A stretch of DNA of 64,000 nucleotides from an uncultured Bacilli bacterium (GTDB lineage Bacteria; Bacillota_I; Bacilli_A; RF39; UBA660): the NCBI GenBank assembly GCA_910576795.1, contig CAJTIX010000002.1:43372-107371 (forward strand), in the 5' to 3' direction. Shown piece after piece: positions 1 through 7,811 of this stretch. How positions within the stretch are numbered: the stretch's first letter is position 1; every line of letters starts with the position of its first letter. The translations under genes and the position numbers were made by a program. Below the pieces are notes generated by a model. It saw only the letters and a program-made list of their open reading frames with translations. It was not told where the DNA came from and ran no database searches.

Positions 1-32
1 AATATTTAACAGCACTATGCTTTAAAAATACT

Positions 33-473
33 ATGGATTATTATAGATATATAGAATTTGGAGAAGACAAAGATTTACAAATATTTGATGAAACAATTAA
101 ATGGTTAGACATTTATTTTAGTGGTAAAAATCCTGATTTTATTCCTAAATATAAAAGAAATGATATAACCCCTTTTAGACAAGAGGTTATTGATGAAATG
201 CTTAAAATCCCATATGGTAAAACAGTTAGCTATAAAGATATTGCTAATTTCATTGCTAAGAAAAGAGGTAGTAAAACAATGTCTAGTCAAGCAGTTGGTG
301 GTGCTGTAGGTTGGAACCCAATTTCAATAATAATCCCATGCCATAGAGTTGTTGGTACAAATAAGAATTTAACAGGATATGGAGGAGGAATAGATATAAA
401 ATATCAACTATTAAGACATGAAGGTGTTAAGATGGATGACTATATCATTCCAATGAAAGGAAGTACATTATGA
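33..473 (+). CDS. ogt: Methylated-DNA--protein-cysteine methyltransferase (O6-methylguanine DNA MTase)
   Basis: 146 aa with PCHRVV active-site motif and C-terminal HTH-like DNA-binding fold. Confidence 0.85.
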   Translation: MDYYRYIEFGEDKDLQIFDETIKWLDIYFSGKNPDFIPKYKRNDITPFRQEVIDEMLKIPYGKTVSYKDIANFIAKKRGSKTMSSQAVGGAVGWNPISIIIPCHRVVGTNKNLTGYGGGIDIKYQLLRHEGVKMDDYIIPMKGSTL

Positions 474-1015
474 ATAGATGTAATTGGGTAAATCTTAAAA
501 AACCCCTGTATGTTAGTTACCATGATCATGAATGGGGAATTCCAAACCATGATGATGAATATCTCTTTGAATTTCTTGTACTAGAATCTTTCCAAGCAGG
601 TTTATCATGGGAGTGTATTTTAAATAAAAGAAATCATTTTAGAGAAGCATTCGATAACTTTGATTATAACAAAATAGCAAAGTATGACCAAAACAAAATA
701 GAGAAACTTTACAACAATGATGGAATTATTAAAAATAAATTAAAAATAAACGCAACAGTAAACAATGCTAAAATATTCATTGAAATTCAAAATGAATTTG
801 GAAGTTTTGCAAATTATATATGGAACTTTTCAGATAACCAAGTGATTAAAAATGTGGACGATCAGTTTAAAACTACATCTGAATTATCTGATAGAGTATC
901 AGAAGACTTGAAAAAAAGAGGAATGAAATTTGTTGGATCAACTATTATATATTCTTATTTACAAGCTATAGGAGTTATAAATGATCATGAATTAAATTGC
1001 GATTTTTATCAATAA
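470..1015 (+). CDS. tag: DNA-3-methyladenine glycosylase I
   Basis: YHDHEWG and ESFQAGLSW motifs typical of Tag; 4-bp overlap with ogt. Confidence 0.85.
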   Translation: MNRCNWVNLKKPLYVSYHDHEWGIPNHDDEYLFEFLVLESFQAGLSWECILNKRNHFREAFDNFDYNKIAKYDQNKIEKLYNNDGIIKNKLKINATVNNAKIFIEIQNEFGSFANYIWNFSDNQVIKNVDDQFKTTSELSDRVSEDLKKRGMKFVGSTIIYSYLQAIGVINDHELNCDFYQ

Positions 1016-1218
1016 ATATGTGATAATAAAAAATTAATATCCTAATGCAAAATCAATTGTAAGGTATTAAAAAGATTTAATAAATTTGATATTTAGTCTA
1101 CTTTTGTATGAAAGTTCAAAATAGACTTTGTAATTGTATCAGAATTATTGATACTTAAACTTTTCCAAAAACAGAGCTAAAAAAGCTAAAAATATTTTCA
1201 TATATAATGATAATTTCA

Positions 1219-1247
1219 TTCACAAGATTTATAATACGTGTTATAAT
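1219..1247 (+). promoter_or_regulatory. sigma-A-like promoter for tRNA-Gln (TTCACA-17-TATAAT)
   Basis: ttcaca at 1219-1224, 17-nt spacer, tataat at 1242-1247, about 14 nt upstream of tRNA. Confidence 0.4.
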
Positions 1248-1260
1248 GGTTTTGTGAAAT

Positions 1261-1336
1261 TGCCCCATAGCCAAGCGGTAAGGCATCGGACTCTGACTCC
1301 GACATTGCGTTCGTTCGAATCGAACTGGGGCAGCCA
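1261..1336 (+). tRNA. tRNA-Gln (anticodon CUG)
   Basis: Manual cloverleaf: U1-A72 acceptor (as in bacterial tRNA-Gln), 3-bp D stem GCC/GGC, anticodon loop CUCUGAC, T-loop TTCGAAT, encoded CCA. Confidence 0.85.
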
Positions 1337-1340
1337 AATA
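1321..1340. repeat. attL core: 20-bp direct repeat shared with 42273-42292 (3' end of tRNA-Gln)
   Basis: Exact 20-mer cgaactggggcagccaaata occurs twice in window, flanking phage genes. Confidence 0.8.
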
Positions 1341-1348
1341 TAAAAATA

Positions 1349-1377
1349 CCATTGAATTTCAATGGTTTTCTTTTTTT
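1349..1377 (+). terminator. Rho-independent terminator after tRNA-Gln (phage-supplied copy)
   Basis: ccattg-aattt-caatgg hairpin followed by T-run; similar hairpin after attR at about 42300-42330. Confidence 0.5.
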
Positions 1378-2567
1378 AATTTATCTGTTGACCCCAAATT
1401 GACCCCCATTTTGATACTACTGATTTTATCTAAAGATGATGTGTAGTTGGATTCTAACAAGTGCGTATATGTTTTTAGCGTTTCATTTATATTAGCATGT
1501 CGTAATATTTTACTGATTACCTCGATAGGAATTCCAATTGAGAATAACCATGTTGCACATGAGTGCCTAAAATCGTGTAGTCTTAAGTGTTTGTTGATAT
1601 TAGCTATTTTAAAATACTTTTCTCTGCCATATTTCAAAGAGCCTTCGCTAATTGGCAGTGGTCCATTAAATAAATACCAATCATCACTATAATCAGTAAA
1701 CTGTTTCCAATATTCAATAAGTTTTTGAATTTTCTCATTTAAAGAGTCATCTAAGTCAATAGGGGCTTTAGATGATGCTGTTTTAGGTTCTTTTAGTATA
1801 TTATACTTAGACATTGTATGATTAACCATTAATTGCTTTTTTTGAGGATTATAGTCTTTAATTTTAAAAGCTCTTACTTCTCCCATTCTAGGACCTCTAC
1901 TAAATGATAAATCGAAGTATGTATTGAATTTTAAATTATCCTTACTTGCTTCTAGTAATCTTAAATATTCATCAAAATCTATTACTTGCCAAACTTTGCG
2001 TTGATTACTTAACTTGTTTTCTTTTGGTGTACCAAATTTGCCAACGCGTTTTGGTATATTTAATCTACATAGTCCTTCGTTAACGGCATAATCAAACATC
2101 TCACAAATAAGATTATGTGACCTATTTAACTGTTGCAAAGAATATGGTCTATCTTCATTTCCTTTTTTATATGTTTTTTTTATCATTTGTCTTTGCCAAT
2201 TTGAATAATATGTTGTATCGATTTTTGATAATTTTATATTGGGATTGTTTTCAACCTGTTTAGTAATATCTATATCACAAAAATAGCTTAACAAATTTTT
2301 TTTGTTTGCAAATGTATCAATATCACATTTGATTTCTATGAAGTTTAAATATCTATCTCTCAATTGTGATAATGTAATATCTATAGTATCAGGACTTTCC
2401 TTTTTTTCAATAACAAAGCTTTGTAATTTATCATAAGCTTCCTTTGGTCCCTTAAACCCCCTAATTGTTGGCCGTTTCTCGCTACCATCGATATTTTTGA
2501 TTCGAGGTTTGATATAATATGATTTCGCTATTTCATCATAATATACACCTCTATATTTTTTTGCCAT
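1359..2567 (-). CDS. int: Phage tyrosine integrase
   Basis: C-terminal LRHDFRHSCATWL...HANINETLKTYTHL (R..H..R..Y catalytic residues); ATG at 2567 with GAGGAG SD; next to tRNA/attL. Confidence 0.9.
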   Translation of the reverse strand: MAKKYRGVYYDEIAKSYYIKPRIKNIDGSEKRPTIRGFKGPKEAYDKLQSFVIEKKESPDTIDITLSQLRDRYLNFIEIKCDIDTFANKKNLLSYFCDIDITKQVENNPNIKLSKIDTTYYSNWQRQMIKKTYKKGNEDRPYSLQQLNRSHNLICEMFDYAVNEGLCRLNIPKRVGKFGTPKENKLSNQRKVWQVIDFDEYLRLLEASKDNLKFNTYFDLSFSRGPRMGEVRAFKIKDYNPQKKQLMVNHTMSKYNILKEPKTASSKAPIDLDDSLNEKIQKLIEYWKQFTDYSDDWYLFNGPLPISEGSLKYGREKYFKIANINKHLRLHDFRHSCATWLFSIGIPIEVISKILRHANINETLKTYTHLLESNYTSSLDKISSIKMGVNLGSTDKLKKENH

Positions 2568-2634
2568 TTTATCACTCCTCTTATTGCCTAAACTGTTTAT
2601 TTTTGGTATAATCAGAGTACACAAAAAAACTTCA

Positions 2635-2649
2635 TGATTGGTGTCGTGA
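2635..2649. promoter_or_regulatory. 15-bp GC-rich motif ATTGGTGTCGTGATT upstream of int (inverted copy at 5139-5153)
   Basis: Exact reverse-complement 15-mer found upstream of both int and the xis-like gene, same orientation relative to each gene. Confidence 0.45.
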
Positions 2650-2706
2650 TTTATTTGTGTACACTGTATAAGTGTTGACCTTTTACCTGGCAGGGTAGAG
2701 GTCTTT

Positions 2707-3096
2707 TTATTTTGTTAGTCGTTTTAATATATCTTCGATTTCGCCTTTAAATCCCATCTTAATTGCATCTTTGCATACTTTAATTGCTTCATCGGTATAA
2801 CCTATTTTTTTAAGAAATTTTATTAACTCTAAATATATATTATACCCTTCAACTTTTTTAAGTACATCTGCATATATTGGATTGTCTGAATGATATCTAA
2901 TTCCTTTTAGTCTTGCTTTTTCTTTTAGTATTGGAATTTTTTTGATTAATTTATAATAACAATTAATATATATTCTGTTATATTCATAGTTTAAATAATT
3001 GGCATTTTTTACTTTTTCTTCCCAATAATCAAGATTCACAAAATCTTTATGACATAATTTTTTTAGCAATTTTTCTCTTAATGTCTCTTTTTTCAT
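2707..3096 (-). CDS. Hypothetical protein (lysogeny-module cargo)
   Basis: 129-aa ORF between int and repressor; no recognisable motif. Confidence 0.5.
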   Translation of the reverse strand: MKKETLREKLLKKLCHKDFVNLDYWEEKVKNANYLNYEYNRIYINCYYKLIKKIPILKEKARLKGIRYHSDNPIYADVLKKVEGYNIYLELIKFLKKIGYTDEAIKVCKDAIKMGFKGEIEDILKRLTK

Positions 3097-3278
3097 TTGT
3101 TAACTCCAATATATAATACAATTTTATCTTTATAAACTACTTTTAAATAGTTCCAATTTTTATTTTTTAAATTTACATATCTTACTTCATAATTCATACA
3201 TCTAACACCTCGGAAACATGATAGCACATATTTAAGTGTTTGTGTACGAACCTGCACAAGATAGGCTTTTAGGTGCAC
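3093..3278 (-). CDS. Hypothetical small protein (possibly co-transcribed with 2707-3096)
   Basis: 61-aa ORF overlapping downstream gene by 4 bp; weak. Confidence 0.25.
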   Translation of the reverse strand: MHLKAYLVQVRTQTLKYVLSCFRGVRCMNYEVRYVNLKNKNWNYLKVVYKDKIVLYIGVNK

Positions 3279-3286
3279 AAGATGGG
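3253..3286. repeat. Two direct repeats TGCACAAGATRGG with 21-bp period
   Basis: 3253-3265 and 3274-3286; GC-rich relative to context. Confidence 0.4.
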
Positions 3287-3306
3287 TATTTTGTTAAAAA
3301 TCTTCT

Positions 3307-3639
3307 CTATTTAGTTATATTTTTAACCTTTAACCATTCTTTAAATTTTTTCTTTTGTTTAGAAATGAATATGCTATTTATGATTGCTACTATAAAAAAT
3401 ATAATAAACAATGTCATAAATATAGGAAAATATGCTGCATACATATCATCATAACCTATATCGTTATTTTTTATTAATATTAGTCCTACAATAATTACAA
3501 AAACAATGGACGATAATACATAAAACAAAATACTAATCATTCTAAATAGAATACAAAATTTATTTATACTATTTTTAGAATTAAACTCATTTTGAAGCTC
3601 TTTTCTTTCCTCTGTAGTTAAATCAAGCCAGTGTTTCAT
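3307..3639 (-). CDS. Small membrane protein (2 predicted TM helices)
   Basis: 110 aa, long hydrophobic stretches; position next to repressor typical of superinfection-exclusion genes. Confidence 0.5.
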   Translation of the reverse strand: MKHWLDLTTEERKELQNEFNSKNSINKFCILFRMISILFYVLSSIVFVIIVGLILIKNNDIGYDDMYAAYFPIFMTLFIIFFIVAIINSIFISKQKKKFKEWLKVKNITK

Positions 3640-3702
3640 ACATCACACCTCCTCGCTAGCACATATATATTAAAACTCCTGTACTAGCGAGTTTTAACCA
3701 AA

Positions 3703-4077
3703 TTAATGATTATTATTGTTTTCCTTGTTTTTAATTTTTTCCTGTAGTAAGAACTGCTGTATTTCTAACATATCTTCATCTGTAATTTCTCCATTTTTAG
3801 ATAGAGTGACTTCGACATCTCCAAATTTCATAGTTTGTTTTTGCTCGTTGGAATTTTGAATTCTTAAATCTCTTAACATTAAGTCATCAATGGGTACATT
3901 GAAGAATGAAGATATAATAGATAAATCTATAGCATCTGGTTCTCTTATACCTTTTTCCCAATTGCTAATTGTTGTATTTTTTTTATTGCATATAGTCGCA
4001 ACTTCTTCTTGAGTTTTTCCGTTTAAAGTTCTCAAGTATTTTAGGTTGGAAGCCAGATAAATTTTATTATTATCCAT
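3703..4077 (-). CDS. CI-like repressor, HTH_XRE family
   Basis: HTH motif LRTLNGKTQEEVATICNKKNTTISNWEKG; ATG 4077 with GGAGA SD; divergent from cro-like gene. Confidence 0.8.
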   Translation of the reverse strand: MDNNKIYLASNLKYLRTLNGKTQEEVATICNKKNTTISNWEKGIREPDAIDLSIISSFFNVPIDDLMLRDLRIQNSNEQKQTMKFGDVEVTLSKNGEITDEDMLEIQQFLLQEKIKNKENNNNH

Positions 4078-4138
4078 AGTATTTTTCTCCTTCCAACATA
4101 AGTATATCATTGCTTTCTTCATTTTTCAAGAAAAAAAT

Positions 4139-4195
4139 TTCACAAAATGTGAATATTAATATTGACATTCACAAAATGTGGAGTTATAATGTGAA
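4139..4195. promoter_or_regulatory. Genetic-switch region with palindromic operators and PR-like promoter
   Basis: Perfect palindrome TTCACAAAATGTGAA (4139-4153), near copy 4168-4182, half-site TGTGAA 4190-4195; ttgaca 4162-4167, 17-nt spacer, tataat 4185-4190. Confidence 0.65.
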
Positions 4196-4215
4196 TAAGT
4201 TAGGAGGGATAAAAA

Positions 4216-4446
4216 ATGGAAAAAGATATTATTGATGGAAAAGTTATTGCAAATAATATTAGAGCTGAAAGAAACAGAGCAAATTTAACTCAAGAAAATA
4301 CAGCAGAAAAATTAGGAATTTCAACGAAAACATATATTTCATACGAAGAAGATGCTCAATGTATAAAGGCAACAATGCTTTATAAGTTAGCGAAAATATT
4401 TGGTTGTACTATCAATGCTTTTTATTTACAATCCAATTCCACATAG
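4216..4446 (+). CDS. Cro-like HTH_XRE regulator
   Basis: 76 aa, LTQENTAEKLGISTKTYISYE HTH; divergent from CI. Confidence 0.7.
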   Translation: MEKDIIDGKVIANNIRAERNRANLTQENTAEKLGISTKTYISYEEDAQCIKATMLYKLAKIFGCTINAFYLQSNST

Positions 4447-4495
4447 TGTGAATATATGCGCAACAAAAAAGGAAAACAAGAATAGGAGATGAAAA

Positions 4496-4636
4496 TATGG
4501 AAGAAAAACAATATCAAGTTACAGAAAAAGGCATAGTATTGTGTGAAATTTGGAAGTTACAGACAATAACTACAACCTTTGGAATCCTAATTATTTTGCT
4601 TCAAATATTTTTGATAGCCATATTGTTATTAATGTA
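4496..4636 (+). CDS. Small hydrophobic protein (46 aa)
   Basis: ATG with AGGAG SD; C-terminal TM segment; below ORF-track cutoff. Confidence 0.3.
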
Positions 4637-5010
4637 GTGATAACAGAGACAATAATAGGACAGATGATGCTATTAAAAATCAATTTAAGATTATCAATAT
4701 GATTATTTTTAAAGTATTCTAAACCTTTTAAATTGGAGCTGAAGCAAGATTTAGAAGTACGACATTTCTCATTAGTTTCATAATATAGAGCTTCATCTAC
4801 AAGTTTTTGAGAAATTAATTCATCAAATACTTCACAACTGATGTTGGTATCGATTTTAAATTTATCAATTAGTTCAGCATCAGAATATTTTTTAGGAAAC
4901 TGTTTGTTTAAATATTTTAAAACTTTTTTAGAAAATTTATTCAAATTAAATATACTCCTTTCTGCAACCATTATAACAGAAAGAGTGCTATATACAAAAA
5001 GTTCAGACAC
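4591..5010 (-). CDS. Hypothetical membrane-anchored protein
   Basis: 139 aa, C-terminal TM helix; antisense to early operon. Confidence 0.45.
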   Translation of the reverse strand: MSELFVYSTLSVIMVAERSIFNLNKFSKKVLKYLNKQFPKKYSDAELIDKFKIDTNISCEVFDELISQKLVDEALYYETNEKCRTSKSCFSSNLKGLEYFKNNHIDNLKLIFNSIICPIIVSVITTLITIWLSKIFEAK

Positions 5011-5138
5011 TTAATGAAGGCTAGAATAAAAACAAATTTCAAACATGTTTACTAGTAATTACTTAAAACCTCACACCTTTTTATTCAAAAATAACCTTTC
5101 TATAATCTATTAAAATCTAGTCTTCGTTAAGTGCCTGA

Positions 5139-5153
5139 ACAGAAATCACGACA
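5139..5153. promoter_or_regulatory. 15-bp motif AATCACGACACCAAT upstream of xis-like gene (inverted copy of 2635-2649)
   Basis: Exact reverse complement of 2635-2649. Confidence 0.45.
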
Positions 5154-5182
5154 CCAATTAAATTAAAGAAAGGGGGACTTTC

Positions 5183-5431
5183 ATGACAAAAAAAATAAAG
5201 AAAATTAAAACAAGAGAAGAAATTTTTAATCAATTATATTTAACACCTAGAGATATTAAAGAAATTACAGGGGTTGGTATAGGTAAAGCAACTAACATTG
5301 CCAAAACAATGTGCAAAAAGATGAAAGAAAAAAAGATTTTTGATCCATCTGAACCTATGAACTGGGATGAAGAAAGCAAACGCCAATATTTAGTTAATAC
5401 AGATTTTTTTAGAAAGGAGATGAGATTGTGA
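5183..5431 (+). CDS. Small DNA-binding protein, putative excisionase/HTH
   Basis: 82 aa, lysine-rich, LTPRDIKEITGVGIGKATNIAK HTH-like segment; position after switch. Confidence 0.4.
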   Translation: MTKKIKKIKTREEIFNQLYLTPRDIKEITGVGIGKATNIAKTMCKKMKEKKIFDPSEPMNWDEESKRQYLVNTDFFRKEMRL

Positions 5432-5633
5432 AAGAAATTCTACAAAGTAAAGTCATGATTGGATTCATTATATTTGTATTAGGATTTACATATTTGAATG
5501 CTAGTTTAGAACAAAAGAAAAATGACCAACAGTTTAGCGACCAGGTCATTCAACATTTTGAAAAATAACTTTTTCTATTACATTCTATCAAAAATGTGTA
5601 GAAAAGTCAAATTGGCATTTAAAATCAACAAAT

Positions 5634-5766
5634 CAGTAGTTCAGTTACTGAACCATTAGGTATAGTTAGTAGTTCATAAACTGAACTATTAAATAGGTTA
5701 GTAGTTCATTTTTGAGAATTTAGTAGTTCATTTTTGAGAATTTAGTAGTTCATAAACTGAACTACC
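5634..5766. repeat. Iteron array (5 copies of TAGTAGTTCA with inverted partners); likely replication origin
   Basis: Copies at 5634, 5668, 5699, 5721, 5743 with short palindromes; two exact 22-bp tandem units ttagtagttcatttttgagaat. Confidence 0.6.
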
Positions 5767-5784
5767 TATATATAGATTAAAAAT

Positions 5785-5808
5785 ACTATTAACCATACTA
5801 TTAACCAT
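5785..5808. repeat. Perfect 12-bp tandem duplication ACTATTAACCAT x2
   Basis: Direct reading. Confidence 0.6.
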
Positions 5809-5847
5809 AAAAATAAAAATACTACGTATTTTTACAAAAAAGAAAGG

Positions 5848-6249
5848 ATGGAACAAGTGGATGATAAATTTACACAAATCAAAAATAAATTAATTACTTT
5901 AGACATTCACGAGAAAGCATTTCGTATTGCTTGTTACTTGATTTCTTGTTCCAAAAATGGAATATGTTATCCATCCGAATATCAAATTTCAAAAGAATTA
6001 AATATTTGTAGAAATAAAGTACGTGAATATTTAAAAGAATTAGAAGAACATAAAGTTATCAAAATCGAAAAGCGAACAATTGGAACTGGCAAAAAAGCAC
6101 CTAGCAAATACACAATTGAAAAAGATTATTTAGTTCCAAGAAAGAAAAAACAGGAACAATTGGACCAACTAACACAAGAATTGTTAGAAGAAAGAGAACC
6201 AATTTCACAAGTAGATTTATTTGATTACGATTGGTTGGAAGGAGAATGA
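5848..6249 (+). CDS. HTH domain protein, putative origin/iteron-binding replication protein
   Basis: 133 aa with winged-helix-like YPSEYQISKELNICRNKVREYLKELE; immediately downstream of iterons. Confidence 0.45.
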   Translation: MEQVDDKFTQIKNKLITLDIHEKAFRIACYLISCSKNGICYPSEYQISKELNICRNKVREYLKELEEHKVIKIEKRTIGTGKKAPSKYTIEKDYLVPRKKKQEQLDQLTQELLEEREPISQVDLFDYDWLEGE

Positions 6250-6250
6250 T

Positions 6251-6469
6251 ATGCATTACGAACAGGAAACAGGCAATTGTGATTATGTATCTTATGAAAG
6301 ATATTGTGAGGATACAGAAGAACGTGATAATCGAATCAAACAATTAGAAATTGAAAATGAAAATTTGAAACAAGAAAATCAAGACTTAAAGCAAAAATTA
6401 ATAGAACATAAAGCACTAATAGAAGAATTGAAAAAATTAGGGGAAGGAATTTTGCTAGATGAAAAATAA
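6251..6469 (+). CDS. Hypothetical coiled-coil protein
   Basis: ATG 6251 with GGAAGGAG SD. Confidence 0.4.
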   Translation: MHYEQETGNCDYVSYERYCEDTEERDNRIKQLEIENENLKQENQDLKQKLIEHKALIEELKKLGEGILLDEK

Positions 6470-6698
6470 AGCCGTATCGATGTTTTACTGGATAAAAAAC
6501 AAAAAAGCTATCGAGGAAGAACATCAAAAAGAGGATGATCAGTACAATCAACAATGTATTGAAATTAATAATCTCCACAAAGAAATTGAAAATTTAAAAA
6601 ATCAACTAAAAAATGAAATCAATCTTAAAAAAATATATTTAAGTCGATGCAAATCTTTAAAAAGAAAATTGGCCGAACATGAAAATAAAACTTCTTGA
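6459..6698 (+). CDS. Hypothetical coiled-coil protein
   Basis: 79-aa ORF in operon. Confidence 0.4.
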   Translation: MKNKAVSMFYWIKNKKAIEEEHQKEDDQYNQQCIEINNLHKEIENLKNQLKNEINLKKIYLSRCKSLKRKLAEHENKTS

Positions 6699-6981
6699 AT
6701 CAACAGTCAAAGATATTTTAACAAAGGATCCATCGGCAAGAAGTGATGATTTCATTTTAGTAACATCTGTTTATCAAAAGTTAGGAAAGATAAACGATAC
6801 ACAAACTTTCTACTGTGTAATGCTAGGACACAAACAACTAGGTTTACCAAGTTTCGAAAGTATTACACGAGTTAGAAGAAAAGTACAAGAAAAACATTCA
6901 GAATTAAGAGCTAATAAGCAAATACAAAATAGGCGTGAAGAACAAGAACAAATGTTTTTCGAATATGGGATAGGAGAATAA
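6679..6981 (+). CDS. Hypothetical protein
   Basis: 100-aa ORF in operon. Confidence 0.4.
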   Translation: MKIKLLESTVKDILTKDPSARSDDFILVTSVYQKLGKINDTQTFYCVMLGHKQLGLPSFESITRVRRKVQEKHSELRANKQIQNRREEQEQMFFEYGIGE

Positions 6982-6983
6982 AA

Positions 6984-7811
6984 ATGAATGATTTAATTAC
7001 TATAAAACAATTACCAATTATTGAAGAAAATTTAAAATCATTAAGTGAAGAAATTAATCAAAAAGTAGAAAATGCAAACGCATTAGTTTGTACAGAAGAA
7101 ACAGTTAAGTCTGTAAAACAGATTCGAACAGATCTTTCTAAGGAGTTTAAAGAATTAGAAGAACAACGTAAGACTGTTAAAAACAGTATTATGAAACCTT
7201 ACAACGATTTTGAAGAATTATATAAACAATATGTGTCTGATAGCTATAGAAACGCAGATATAACTCTGAAAAATAAAATTGACAGTGTTGAATCTGAAAT
7301 CAAAAATGAATGTCGACAAAAGCTAATTGAATTTTTCAATGAATACAGACTCTCAAAGAATTTAGATAAAACATATTTAACTTTCGAAGAATTAAATATC
7401 AACATAGTTTTAGGACTATTAACTGACAAAAAAGAACTAACTAAAAAGGTAAAAGAAGAAGTAATCAATAAAGTTGAACTAGTTTGCAAAGATATTGAGA
7501 CGATCAAAACAATGTCTAATAGCGAAGAAATTTTAGTTGAATATTTAAAACATAAAGATTTATCTAGAACAATTAAAGAAGTTAACGATAGACATACTGC
7601 ACTTGAACAAATAAAGCAAACAGAACAAGTTGTGAGTGAAATTCAAGAAAAAGAACAGGTAGTAGTACAAAAAGTAGAAGAAATTTTACAAGCACCTGTT
7701 GTAGAAGAAAAAGAATACGAACTTGAATTTGTAGTTGTAACAACAAAAGAAAAACTATCAAAATTAAAGAAATTTTTAGAAGAAGAGGGAATTAGATATG
7801 AATCAAAATAA
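6984..7811 (+). CDS. Hypothetical coiled-coil protein upstream of RecT (DUF1351-like position)
   Basis: 275 aa; position typical of the RecT partner gene. Confidence 0.45.
   Translation: MNDLITIKQLPIIEENLKSLSEEINQKVENANALVCTEETVKSVKQIRTDLSKEFKELEEQRKTVKNSIMKPYNDFEELYKQYVSDSYRNADITLKNKIDSVESEIKNECRQKLIEFFNEYRLSKNLDKTYLTFEELNINIVLGLLTDKKELTKKVKEEVINKVELVCKDIETIKTMSNSEEILVEYLKHKDLSRTIKEVNDRHTALEQIKQTEQVVSEIQEKEQVVVQKVEEILQAPVVEEKEYELEFVVVTTKEKLSKLKKFLEEEGIRYESK

Noticed and set aside
1155-1352. 65-aa minus-strand ORF
   Set aside because: Completely overlaps the tRNA-Gln gene and its promoter; artefact of six-frame translation.
2601-2615. TG-extended -10-like element tggtataat on plus strand
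   Set aside because: Points into the 3' end of the convergent cargo gene with no ORF to express; likely fortuitous in AT-rich DNA.
3236-3454. 72-aa plus-strand ORF
   Set aside because: Overlaps the minus-strand membrane-protein gene and the direct repeats; no RBS.
5634-5766. Possible CRISPR-like repeat array
   Set aside because: Only 2 exact 22-bp units with no spacer structure and no cas genes; fits an iteron/origin interpretation next to an HTH protein.
7244-7507. Antisense ORFs inside RecT-module, MTase, portal, capsid and tail genes (e.g. 7244-7507, 13013-13297, 22441-22973, 27084-27440, 44602-44955, 46074-46382, 50668-51360)
   Set aside because: Embedded in confidently called genes on the other strand, lack RBS, low-complexity composition typical of AT-rich antisense frames.
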